Assembly (NCBI GenBank): GCA_965208125.1
Contig: OZ242320.1
Location: 1,024,001-1,088,000 of the forward strand
Origin: Candidatus Latescibacterota bacterium
Lineage (GTDB): Bacteria; Latescibacterota; UBA2968
Length of the DNA: 64,000 nucleotides
Direction of reading: 5' to 3'
Below the pieces are notes generated by a model. That model saw only the letters and a program-made list of their open reading frames with translations. It made no database searches and was not told the origin of the DNA. Position numbers and translations under genes: made by a program. This document shows positions 9,190-18,603 of this stretch, piece by piece. Each line of letters begins with the position of its first letter. The first letter of the stretch is position 1.

Positions 9190-10935
9190 ATGAGCAGATC
9201 GAAAAATTCCGCAGACATTAACATTCTCTACGCTGCCGAAAAATGGAAACAGCAATGCCTTTTGGATGGTGGATCGCTATTCTCGGAAGAATCTCTCTGG
9301 ACCCGAGTAAACTTCGAACAACTCCGCATCCACTTTGTCCAGAATCCTGATAAAGGATCGGGTAAATTCTACGAGAAACTGGCGCAACAACTGGAACCTG
9401 CTCCCCCAGAGGCGAAGCGTCTATGGGCAGAGATGACATGGGTACTTTTTTTAATCGTCTATCGTGGCGTGCTCAAACCAGAGACAAAACGCGCTCAGAT
9501 CAGGCAAGTCTGGGAATGGTCGGGTTCGAAACTGCCGGATAATCATTGGGCACTGGGCGATGTCTTAGCAAAAGGGGTTACAAATCCAGGCCAAGCTTAT
9601 AATACTTACCGTTGGCGTGAAGGCCGCTTCTTCATCACCACGATGATGAGCTGGTTTTCCCATTCCTCAGAGGATCGGAAATCGCTATTGACCGATCCCT
9701 GGGACTTTGCCGAATGGCTCGACGCTCAGGAGTACTGTCAAGGCCGTCAATTTCGGCACGCTTTTCTGTACCTTCTGTTTCCGGATGCGTTTGAAGCAAT
9801 TATGAGTCAAGGCCATAAAGAAAAAATAGTCAACGCTTTCTCAAAAAAATGGAACGAGAATCTGCTCACTAACGACGGGGATAACGTCGCTCTCGATCAA
9901 GCATTATTGAAAATTCGGAAACGCCTTAAGACCGAATACCCCGACACGGGAATCGACTTCTACAGTTCGCAGTTCAAGGATATTTGGCAACGCAGTCAGC
10001 CTGCCCCACAACCGCTACCACCGCAAGTGAGGGAAACAGCACCTCTTTTTACCTCCTATTCTATAGACAACATCCTGGAAGACGGCTGTTTTCTTGAACA
10101 GGAAAAATTGGAGACAATCCTTCAACGCCTCCGTGACAAGAAAAATCTGATTTTGCAGGGACCGCCGGGCACAGGCAAAACATGGCTGGCAAAAAAGCTC
10201 GCCTTTGCCGCGATAGGTGAACGCGACGAAGACAAAATACGCCCCGTTCAGTTTCACCCCAACCTTTCTTACGAAGATTTTGTCAGAGGATGGCGACCAT
10301 CAGGCGATGGCAAGCTGGATTTAGTTGATGGCCCCTTTCTTCAGATGATAAACACCGCAAAAGACGATCCAGAATCGAAATATGCGATCATCATTGAGGA
10401 AATCAATCGCGGCAACCCCGCACAAATTTTTGGCGAGATGCTTACGCTACTGGAATCGGACAAGCGCAATGAGGACGAAGCATTGGAACTGTCTTACGAA
10501 AAATGCAAAGGCGAACGGGTTTACATTCCCGAAAATCTATATGTCATTGGCACAATGAACGTCGCAGACCGCTCAATCGCTATGGTCGATTTCGCCCTTC
10601 GCCGGCGATTCGCCTTTGTTGACCTTGAACCCATATTTGGCAATGTCTGGCAGGACTGGGTACATAATCAGTGCAAAATAGACGAGGAATTTCTGTCACA
10701 AGTAGAAGACAGAATGAAAACGCTGAACAAACAAATAGCTGAGGACTCTAACCTCGGTGCTCAATTCAGGGTGGGACACAGTTATGTAACGCCTTCCGCT
10801 GGGGAGATTGATGATTCCCGTGAATGGTTCAAACAAGTGGTCGAAACCGAAATCGGTCCCTTGCTGGACGAATACTGGTTTGATGCGCTGGATACAGCCC
10901 AAAAGGCCCGCGAACAACTACTGAAAGGGTTTTAA
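9190..10935 (+). CDS. mcrB: McrB family AAA+ GTPase (type IV restriction)
   Basis: GPPGTGKT, VQFHPNLSYEDFVRG, IIEEINRGN, GTMNVADRS, FALRRRF. Confidence 0.92.
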   Translation: MSRSKNSADINILYAAEKWKQQCLLDGGSLFSEESLWTRVNFEQLRIHFVQNPDKGSGKFYEKLAQQLEPAPPEAKRLWAEMTWVLFLIVYRGVLKPETKRAQIRQVWEWSGSKLPDNHWALGDVLAKGVTNPGQAYNTYRWREGRFFITTMMSWFSHSSEDRKSLLTDPWDFAEWLDAQEYCQGRQFRHAFLYLLFPDAFEAIMSQGHKEKIVNAFSKKWNENLLTNDGDNVALDQALLKIRKRLKTEYPDTGIDFYSSQFKDIWQRSQPAPQPLPPQVRETAPLFTSYSIDNILEDGCFLEQEKLETILQRLRDKKNLILQGPPGTGKTWLAKKLAFAAIGERDEDKIRPVQFHPNLSYEDFVRGWRPSGDGKLDLVDGPFLQMINTAKDDPESKYAIIIEEINRGNPAQIFGEMLTLLESDKRNEDEALELSYEKCKGERVYIPENLYVIGTMNVADRSIAMVDFALRRRFAFVDLEPIFGNVWQDWVHNQCKIDEEFLSQVEDRMKTLNKQIAEDSNLGAQFRVGHSYVTPSAGEIDDSREWFKQVVETEIGPLLDEYWFDALDTAQKAREQLLKGF

Positions 10936-12041
10936 TGACTATCGCTCAAGCAAGCGACAAACCGGGGTATATCGGAGAAATTCCAGTCAGAAATCTCTGG
11001 CTACTGATGCTTTATGCATCCCAACTATTCCGACAAATGGACGATTTGCAAAAGCGAGAGGTAGAAGATAATCCGGACGACATCCCCGATCTGGTAGCAG
11101 AAATCCTGGCGCGGGCGGTAGAACGCCGCATAAGGCGAAACCTGAGCTTTGGCTACCAGCCTCGGCAAGCTATTCTCAGCAGGGTGCGCGGCAGAATTGA
11201 CCATATCCATACAGAACGCCGCCAACTGCTGCACAGGGGACTGGTCGCATGTCGGTTTGAAGAACTAACAGTAGATACACCACGCAACCGCTATGTTCGA
11301 GCAGCACTGGAGAAGTCGGCCAAGATGGTGCAGCACGTTGACCTATCCCGTCGATGTCGCGCCCTTGCTACCAATTTAGTGCGAATGGGAGTGAGTGGAG
11401 AAAATCTTATCCGACATGACTCATCGGTAAATCTCACTGGTCGGATGGATACTGCCGACCGGCAGATGCTGGCTGCGGCGCAACTGGCCTTCCATTTAGC
11501 ACTACCTACCGAAACCCCCGGTCCCAGAAATTTATCTTTACCATCCCGTGAATCCCGATGGGTATGGGAACTTTACGAAAAGGCCATCGCCGGATTCTAC
11601 GACGTCACGCTTACACAGTGGGGGTGGAGAGTTCATTCCCAACAGACACTCCACTGGAACACCGGAGATAAGACTGAGAGAATTGATGACATCCTCCCCT
11701 CAATGCGTGCCGATACTGTTTTAGACCATGCCACCTCTGGCCGCCGCATCATCATAGACACCAAATTTACATCCATCCTTAAACCCGGAAATTACCGTGC
11801 TCAAACATTGGCTTCACCCCATATATACCAGATATACGCCTACTTGAGATCCCAAGAGGGCCGTGATTCTTTGGCGGATACGGCATCGGGAATACTCCTG
11901 TATCCTGCTGTCAATTGCTTAGTTGACGAATCGGTTGACATACAGGGCCACAACATACGATTTGCCACCGTAAATCTCGATGCAACTCCCGGAGAGATCC
12001 GGTACAGGCTCCTTGAATTGATTGATTCCGACCTCGTATAA
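10935..12041 (+). CDS. mcrC: McrC restriction endonuclease subunit
   Basis: IPVRNLWLLMLYA, MRADTVL...IIIDTKF, IYQIYAY, GILLYP; TAATG coupling to mcrB. Confidence 0.9.
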   Translation: MTIAQASDKPGYIGEIPVRNLWLLMLYASQLFRQMDDLQKREVEDNPDDIPDLVAEILARAVERRIRRNLSFGYQPRQAILSRVRGRIDHIHTERRQLLHRGLVACRFEELTVDTPRNRYVRAALEKSAKMVQHVDLSRRCRALATNLVRMGVSGENLIRHDSSVNLTGRMDTADRQMLAAAQLAFHLALPTETPGPRNLSLPSRESRWVWELYEKAIAGFYDVTLTQWGWRVHSQQTLHWNTGDKTERIDDILPSMRADTVLDHATSGRRIIIDTKFTSILKPGNYRAQTLASPHIYQIYAYLRSQEGRDSLADTASGILLYPAVNCLVDESVDIQGHNIRFATVNLDATPGEIRYRLLELIDSDLV

Positions 12042-12043
12042 AT

Positions 12044-12077
12044 AAAAAAACGCCATCAGTAAAATAGCTGATGGCGT
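12044..12077. terminator. Terminator hairpin between mcrC and the MTase gene (repeat family copy)
   Basis: aaaaaaACGCCATCAGt-aaaata-gCTGATGGCGT. Confidence 0.75.
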
Positions 12078-12107
12078 CATGGTTACGTCCAAAATTCAGC
12101 AGCCAAT

Positions 12108-13391
12108 TTACAGCGTCCACTGCAACGCTGTGTTAGCCAGTGTTATGTTGCGTATATCCCTTTGTATAGCGGCTGATATTTCTTCTGCACTGCTATTGGT
12201 TACATCAATCATCTGGTCGCTAAACTGCGAAAAAAAAGAACGCGGTATATGTGGATTGTTCAAAGTCGAAACTCCCAACGCACTTGACACAGATTTTGCG
12301 ATTGCATAACCCACCGGTGGACAAACAGAATTACCAATCTGCCCAAGTATCTGGTAAGCTGCGCCTTGAAAGACCCAATCTTCTGGAAATCCCTGAAGCA
12401 ACGCACAATCCTGAACAGAAAGCCTGAAATGACCATTCTCCGGGGGAAACATCAGGGCTTCCTCTCTGGACTTTTGCACGCCATTGGGCCAAATCTGGAG
12501 TTTTTCCCATACCTTTTGATTCGCCTTACTATTCAAAATACTGGTCGATTTTCTGGGACCAGTGAAGCCAGAGCGAAGAGTAGGCGCAAAGCAATCAAAA
12601 CCAATATCTTCCAAACCCAAAGCAGCCCTCGTTCCCATCGTATGTCTGCCAGAGTAGAACAAGCTATCTTTGGAGAAATGGGTTGGTTCAGGAATTTTGT
12701 AACGATTGGCTACCTCAAGAGACCGAAAACCGACAAAAATAACGCGCTTCCTGATTTGTGGGACGCCGAAATCGGATGCCACAGCTTTGAACTTTGCGAT
12801 ATAGTAATGCGGTGTCAGTGGCGCGAGAATCACGTCGTTTACATACTTTTCGAACTTTGGATCGAGCAGACCCGGAACATTCTCAACAACGAAAGTCTCG
12901 GGCATAAGCGTCAGCACAGCATCAATAAATGCTGGCAACATATCCCTGTCGTCTTTGCCTCCACCCCGCTTTCCAGCAATCGAAAAAGGCTGGCATGGAG
13001 GGCCTCCGTGAACGAGATCAACTTTACCTTTATAGACTGACCAATCTGCTTTTGTAACATCCCCCTTTGAACCACAAAAAACATTCCATTGCGGACGGTT
13101 TTGTTGTAGTGACGCACCGCAAATATCCAGGATATCAAAACTGGCAACATGCTCAAAACCCGCATATTCAAAACTAAGGTCCAAACCGCCACCACCTGAA
13201 AAGAGCGAAAGGGATCTCAAGCCGTTTTGACGTTGTTTAGGCATCAACTTCTCTGGTTTTAGAACAGGCTTATTGATTCTGCCCAGTTCATGTTGCAACT
13301 CACCATTGATAGCAGCCTTTTTCCTGAGCCTGGATCGAGTAGAAATCTCTCGATACCACTCCCGTTTGGCCTCCGATATATTGTATGGCAT
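12108..13391 (-). CDS. DNA (cytosine-5)-methyltransferase
   Basis: Motif I LFSGGGG, IV GGPPCQPFS, VI VENVPG, VIII PQIRKRV, IX-X LQGFP...QIGNSV. Confidence 0.93.
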   Translation of the reverse strand: MPYNISEAKREWYREISTRSRLRKKAAINGELQHELGRINKPVLKPEKLMPKQRQNGLRSLSLFSGGGGLDLSFEYAGFEHVASFDILDICGASLQQNRPQWNVFCGSKGDVTKADWSVYKGKVDLVHGGPPCQPFSIAGKRGGGKDDRDMLPAFIDAVLTLMPETFVVENVPGLLDPKFEKYVNDVILAPLTPHYYIAKFKAVASDFGVPQIRKRVIFVGFRSLEVANRYKIPEPTHFSKDSLFYSGRHTMGTRAALGLEDIGFDCFAPTLRSGFTGPRKSTSILNSKANQKVWEKLQIWPNGVQKSREEALMFPPENGHFRLSVQDCALLQGFPEDWVFQGAAYQILGQIGNSVCPPVGYAIAKSVSSALGVSTLNNPHIPRSFFSQFSDQMIDVTNSSAEEISAAIQRDIRNITLANTALQWTL

Positions 13392-13503
13392 TGTATTCTC
13401 TCTAAATCTTTGTAATAAACGACAACTCTGTACAAAGTATAGCTATGCTTATCCGTTTTGCCCACCCTAAAATAATCGCAACATCATCCAGACTTCATAG
13501 AAG

Positions 13504-14613
13504 CTACAACCTATCCACCTGAGTCTCTCCACCCTTCAACTCTTCCATAAGCTCATCATATCGATCCCGATCGACCGGCATCGCGACCTCCTCTTTTCGC
13601 AGAGCCGAAAGCACAATCGCGTTAATCAGTTCCAGTGTCCGCCGTGCCGTCACCCCATCTGTAATCGCCTCCCCCCCATCCAGAATAGCGGAAACAAAAC
13701 TCTCCATTAGAGTTGGTCCCCCCTCGTCGGACGGCACATTCTCCCAGTTAATACCTGGCTGATGCCCCTTTGCCCCCTTTATAAACGCCCGCATAGGCGC
13801 CTCGTACCGCCCCAGGCGAAACACATCGGGCACCTTTGAATTGGCATTCTTCTCATCCCGAAACTCAATTGTACCCAGATCCCCTGAAATCTGCCTGTAA
13901 TTCAACCGCCGATCACACGTACTCAACTGCACATTCGCATGGGCACCACAGGCAAAACGGATATTGGCAACAACCGTATCCTCAATCTCCACACGATGGC
14001 CCCAATTGCACATCATCGCAGAAACAGCGACCGGGTCGCCCACCATCCAGCACAGCAAATCCAGATCGTGACTCGTCTGATTCATCAGCACCCCACCCCC
14101 TGCATGCTCCCAGGTACACCGCCATATATCCCGGTCGTAATACACCTCTGGCCGCGTCTCAATCCACATCCACAGCACCCGGTAAATCTCTCCCAGCGCC
14201 CCCTCATCAATCAGCCGCTTCAGCGCGCGATTGCCGGGAAACGTGCGATAATTGTGCCCCACGGCCAGCTTCAAATCCCGCGCCTGTGCCGCCTCGATCA
14301 TCCTGTCTGCCTCGGAAACCGTATTCGCAATCGGCTTCTCCACAAAAGTATGCAACTCCGCCTCCAAACAATCCAAACCCATCGGCGCGTGGAGATGGTG
14401 CGGCGTAGCAATCACCACCGCATCCAGATCCTCGGCCTCGACCATCTCCCGATAATCGCCCCAGGCACGCGCACCCCGTTCTTCTCCAACCTGCCGCGCA
14501 TAATCCAGATCCAAATCCGCCACCGCCACCAGCTCCGCCCGATCCAGTCCTGAAATCTCCCGCACATGTTGCCCGCCCATACCCTTCAAACCGACCACAC
14601 CGAACCTGACCAT
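13504..14613 (-). CDS. Gfo/Idh/MocA family oxidoreductase
   Basis: GVVGLKGMG, IATPHHLH, VEKP, GGGVLMNQTSHDLD. Confidence 0.92.
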   Translation of the reverse strand: MVRFGVVGLKGMGGQHVREISGLDRAELVAVADLDLDYARQVGEERGARAWGDYREMVEAEDLDAVVIATPHHLHAPMGLDCLEAELHTFVEKPIANTVSEADRMIEAAQARDLKLAVGHNYRTFPGNRALKRLIDEGALGEIYRVLWMWIETRPEVYYDRDIWRCTWEHAGGGVLMNQTSHDLDLLCWMVGDPVAVSAMMCNWGHRVEIEDTVVANIRFACGAHANVQLSTCDRRLNYRQISGDLGTIEFRDEKNANSKVPDVFRLGRYEAPMRAFIKGAKGHQPGINWENVPSDEGGPTLMESFVSAILDGGEAITDGVTARRTLELINAIVLSALRKEEVAMPVDRDRYDELMEELKGGETQVDRL

Positions 14614-14639
14614 AACGCTCTCCTTTTTACTTTCCTATA

Positions 14640-14668
14640 TTGACAAACGACGTATCAATCCATAATAT
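14640..14668 (+). promoter_or_regulatory. Putative sigma70 promoter of the deiodinase-like gene
   Basis: TTGACA-N17-TAATAT, then RBS GGAGGA at 14683. Confidence 0.55.
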
Positions 14669-14694
14669 ATTCAAAAAAACCCGGAGGACTCCCC

Positions 14695-15258
14695 ATGTCC
14701 AAAACCTTCCAAAATCGCGCCGAAGCCTTTGCCTATCTCAGCCAAAATGACCCGCGCGCGCCCAAAGCCGGAGATCCCGCGCCAGACTTTGAACTATCGG
14801 ACATCAACGGCGAAAACCCCGTGCGCCTCTCGCAACTATGCAAAGACAAACCCGTTGCACTCATCTTCGGCAGCTTCACATGACCGCCCTTTGTCCGCGA
14901 GGCAGTTAGCCTCCGCGACCTCTATGCAACATATCACAAACAGATCCACTTTCTCGTAATCTACATCCGCGAAGCCCATCCAGAAGACGGCTGGAAACTC
15001 AAAGACACAGGAATCTACGATCCAAAAACCCTTGTGGAACGCCGAAAAGTTGCAAAAACGTGCGAAGATGCCATGCAATACGGCATACGCACCTACGTTG
15101 ACGACATAGACGACGCCGTCATGAATGACTACGTCGCCTGGCCCGAACGCCTCTACCTGATCGGCACGGACAACCGCATCGCCTACGCTGGCAAACACGG
15201 TCCCTATGGATTCAGCCCCCAGGAACTCAAAGCGGCAATAGATCACATCACCCGTTGA
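14695..15258 (+). CDS. Iodothyronine deiodinase-like selenoprotein (thioredoxin fold; Sec at UGA 14881-14883), 187 aa
   Basis: ORFs 14695..14883 and 15034..15258 share one frame with only the TGA between them: PVALIFGSFT-U-PPF...FLVIYIREAHPEDGW...YVAWPERLYLI...GKHGPYGF, matching deiodinase motifs. Confidence 0.9.
14893..14919 (+). promoter_or_regulatory. Putative bacterial SECIS element
   Basis: GTC-c-GC-GAGGC [AGTTA] GCCTC-c-GC-GAC; apical loop about 20 nt after the UGA, with G at loop position 2. Confidence 0.7.
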
Positions 15259-16715
15259 AAATTCTCAAACGCCTCGTCCCAGACATCCGCATCCGTCGGA
15301 CTATACGTCTTAATCGCAGTAGAAGCACGCACAACATCCCGCAGTTCATCAAGCGAGCCAATCTGCCCTTTGCCCATCGCCTGCATCAAAAGATTGCCCA
15401 TTGCAGTCGCCTCAGCCGGCCCCGACAGCACCGCCCGCCCTGTCGCAGAAGCGATAAACTGGCACAAAAGCGTATTGTGAATGCCCCCACCCACAATGTG
15501 AATATCGCCGAGCTCCTTGCCTAAGGCATCTTCAAGCTGCCCCAGAACATAGCGACATTTGAGCGCCAGACTCTCCAGCGCCGTGCGAATAATATCCCCC
15601 TCGCTATCGGGCAACCTTTGACCAGTGCGCCTGCAAAAATCCCGAATGCGAGACGGCATATCCCCGGGCGTACCAAAATCGGCGTGATCCGGATCGATAA
15701 ACGACGCGAGCCGATCCGATTCCATCGCCAGCCCCATCAACTCTTCCCACGAATAATCTTTCCCCGCCAACGCCCACACGCGGCGGCACTCCTGCACAAT
15801 CCACAGCCCCGAAATATTCTTCAGAAATCGAATCGTATGATCAACGCCGCCCTCATTGGTAAAATTATGTGCAAGCGCGCGCTTATTAATCGCGGGTTCA
15901 GGCAATTCCGCCCCCATCAACGCCCACGTACCACAACTGATATAAACCGCATCGGGCGAAGAAAGAGGCACAGCCGCAACTGCCGACCCCGTATCGTGAC
16001 AAGCCGGTGCAATCACATCAATCGGTGCAATACCCATCTCATCCGCAATACGCTTGCGAATAGGCCCGAGCACCGTACTCGGAGACACCACATCCGGAAG
16101 CATATCCGTGGGAATATCGAGCGCATTGAGCATTGATTTTGCCCAGGCATTCTCGCGCGGATTGAAGAACTGCGTAGTCGTCGCATTGGAATACTCACAC
16201 ACCTTCATACCTGTAAACCAGAAATTGAACAAATCGGGCATCGTGAGAAAAGTGCGCGCAATATCGAGCTGAGGCGACTGCGCGAGACGCTGCGCGAGCA
16301 ACTGATAAAGCGTGTTAAGCTCCATAAACTGAATACCCGTCTGCTCAAAAATCTCCTCGCGAGAAACGCGCTCAAACGCGACATCCATCATCCCCTGTGT
16401 GCGCGCATCGCGGTAACAAAAGGGATTGCCGAGCAAATTGTCCTGCGCATCGAGCAAGCCATAATCGACCCCCCACGTATCACAGCCCATACCATTGAGC
16501 GGTTCCCCAGACCGAACAGCGAGACGCAACCCCGTACACATCTCGTCAAACAGCCGCAGCGCGTCCCAATAATAATGATTGCCAACAGGTATTCCCTGAT
16601 TGGAAAACCGGTGAATCTCTTCAATATCCAGACGCGCGCCATCAAAACGCCCCAAAACAGCCCGGCCGCTGGACGCACCCAAATCATAAGCGAGATAATT
16701 GGTTGTCGATGCCAT
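15243..16715 (-). CDS. rhaB: Rhamnulokinase (FGGY family)
   Basis: LAYDLGASSGR, DTWGVDYG, YRDART, CHDTGSA, FTNEGG, IVGGG, EATAMGN. Confidence 0.88.
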   Translation of the reverse strand: MASTTNYLAYDLGASSGRAVLGRFDGARLDIEEIHRFSNQGIPVGNHYYWDALRLFDEMCTGLRLAVRSGEPLNGMGCDTWGVDYGLLDAQDNLLGNPFCYRDARTQGMMDVAFERVSREEIFEQTGIQFMELNTLYQLLAQRLAQSPQLDIARTFLTMPDLFNFWFTGMKVCEYSNATTTQFFNPRENAWAKSMLNALDIPTDMLPDVVSPSTVLGPIRKRIADEMGIAPIDVIAPACHDTGSAVAAVPLSSPDAVYISCGTWALMGAELPEPAINKRALAHNFTNEGGVDHTIRFLKNISGLWIVQECRRVWALAGKDYSWEELMGLAMESDRLASFIDPDHADFGTPGDMPSRIRDFCRRTGQRLPDSEGDIIRTALESLALKCRYVLGQLEDALGKELGDIHIVGGGIHNTLLCQFIASATGRAVLSGPAEATAMGNLLMQAMGKGQIGSLDELRDVVRASTAIKTYSPTDADVWDEAFENFQRVM

Positions 16716-16725
16716 AAAAAAACTC

Positions 16726-16806
16726 CATCAGGATGTGCAAGATTAAAGGATGAACAGGATAAAAGGCAAAAAAGCAACCACAGATGAACACAGATAAACA
16801 CAGATG
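16726..16806. repeat. Degenerate 9-mer tandem repeats
   Basis: caggatgtg caagattaa aggatgaa caggataaa and cacagatga acacagata aacacagatg. Confidence 0.6.
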
Positions 16807-16960
16807 AAAGGCACTCCTTTCCGCAACAGAAGCGAGGCTGTGAGAAACAGATACAAGAGCAACAGCGCTGGTGCAATTCGCATTGTGTTTATAAAATTCA
16901 GTGGCTATTATAGGACGCAGTTGGGAAGTGTCAAGTATTTCGTTATCAGGAGTGTGTATT

Positions 16961-18586
16961 ATGAGCAAAGACTTGAAAGCAGTTTTTCATTTTTGGAAGC
17001 GTTTTGCAAGTCAAAATGGCCTGAATCGCCGCGATTTAATCAAAGGCGTCGGCGCCGTAAGTCTCGGTCTCGCAGCCGGAACCTTCGCCGCGCCACAGCT
17101 CTACGGAAATTCAAACGTAGCGAAATCAAAACGACGCAATCGCATCCAACTCGAAAACGCCGAGCGTGGAACGCGCGACTGGTTGCTCACTAAGACCGAC
17201 ATCAACGACATCGAACCGGTGGCGTTGTGGCGTTCTCCGCGAATTGAGGGCTACTGCTCCGAGACGAGCGTGAGCGCTGGCGACACGATCAAGATCATGG
17301 TGAGCACGAATCCAGTGTCCCAGTTTGATCTGGAGATCTTTCGCACAGGCTATTACGGCGGAACCGGCGGTCGTTTCATGAAGCGTTTTGATTCTCTACA
17401 GGGCAAAACCCAGGCCGATCCGTCGATAGGCGAAAACCGTCTGCGCGAATGCACCTGGGAACCTTCCGTAGAATTTGAGATTCCAGACGATTGGCTCAGC
17501 GGCGTCTATCTGGGCAAACTCACTGCCAAGGAGGGCGGCGTACAAAGCTACGTCATCTTTATTGTGCGCGATGATCGCCTCTGCGATTTGCTCTTCCAGT
17601 GCAGCGACATGACCTGGCAGGCCTACAACAGTTGGCCTACCAACGAGTGGTCTCTTTACCACAACGACGAGAATGGCTACACGGGATATAAAAAAAGGAA
17701 AAAGTGGAGTACGGGTCCGGATACCGGATGGGTGAGTTTTGACCGTCCCTATGCCAATTTTTGCATGGATCATCTTGTCAAGAATCCCAAGTCCGTGGGC
17801 ACGGGCGAGTTTCTTCTTTGGGAATTTCCACTGTCCTATTGGATAGAGCAGCAGGGGTACGATGTGTCGTATATCTCAAATGTGGATACGCACAGGCACG
17901 GGCCGCGATTGCAGCGCACGAAAGGCTTTATCTCGGTGGGCCATGACGAGTATTGGACCCGGGAGATGTACGACAACATCAGCGCGGCCCGAGACGCGGG
18001 CGTCAACCTTGTCTTCCTGAGCGGGAACTCCATCTGGGGCGTTGTACCTTTGTTGCCCTCCGCCAAGGGGCAGTCCCACCGGATCATGCGTCGGGAAGGC
18101 GTATTCCTGGGCGAGAAACTTGGCGGGATGTATCACAAGCGAACAGGCTTCAAGTATCCGCCGGGGCCGGACGGGGCACTGCTTATGGGTGGACGTACGG
18201 CCGGTATCGGCGGCGGCGGAGACTGGGTCTGCGTCAAGCCCGATCACTGGCTATATCAAGGCACAGACCTGAAAGAAGGCGACGCAATCAAAGGCCTGGT
18301 GGGATGGGAATGGCACGGTTCTCCCCCTTACGATCAGCCCGGGATGGAAATCCTGGCGAAAGGCGCCACGAAAAATAACCAGGGAAAAGTCAAACCGCCC
18401 CATGTCGCGACGATCTACGACGGGCCCAGGAACAACTTTGTGTTCAACGCCGGGACGATCTGGTGGGCGCAAGGTTTGTCATCGCCTCCAGGCCACGTAC
18501 TACCCGCGCGGGTTGCCGAGCCGCAAGGCCCGGACCCGCGCGTGCAGCGTATGATGGAGAATGTGTTCCAACAGTTTATCCAATGA
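16961..18586 (+). CDS. N,N-dimethylformamidase beta-subunit-like (DUF6605-like) protein with Tat signal, copy 1
   Basis: NRRDLIK + hydrophobic stretch; IEGYCSETSV, SDMTWQAYNSW, VSFDRPY, SVGHDEYWT, FLSGN, VFNAGTIWW. Confidence 0.8.
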   Translation: MSKDLKAVFHFWKRFASQNGLNRRDLIKGVGAVSLGLAAGTFAAPQLYGNSNVAKSKRRNRIQLENAERGTRDWLLTKTDINDIEPVALWRSPRIEGYCSETSVSAGDTIKIMVSTNPVSQFDLEIFRTGYYGGTGGRFMKRFDSLQGKTQADPSIGENRLRECTWEPSVEFEIPDDWLSGVYLGKLTAKEGGVQSYVIFIVRDDRLCDLLFQCSDMTWQAYNSWPTNEWSLYHNDENGYTGYKKRKKWSTGPDTGWVSFDRPYANFCMDHLVKNPKSVGTGEFLLWEFPLSYWIEQQGYDVSYISNVDTHRHGPRLQRTKGFISVGHDEYWTREMYDNISAARDAGVNLVFLSGNSIWGVVPLLPSAKGQSHRIMRREGVFLGEKLGGMYHKRTGFKYPPGPDGALLMGGRTAGIGGGGDWVCVKPDHWLYQGTDLKEGDAIKGLVGWEWHGSPPYDQPGMEILAKGATKNNQGKVKPPHVATIYDGPRNNFVFNAGTIWWAQGLSSPPGHVLPARVAEPQGPDPRVQRMMENVFQQFIQ

Positions 18587-18603
18587 TGATTAAGGAGGAG
18601 AAC

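Noticed and set aside
8189-12077. Integron attC sites around mcrBC
   Set aside because: No clear RYYYAAC/GTTRRRY box pairs or integrase; the hairpins with A/T tails look like terminators
14695-14883. Stand-alone 62-aa redoxin fragment or pseudogene
   Set aside because: The in-frame continuation, UGA at the catalytic position and SECIS-like hairpin favour a single selenoprotein
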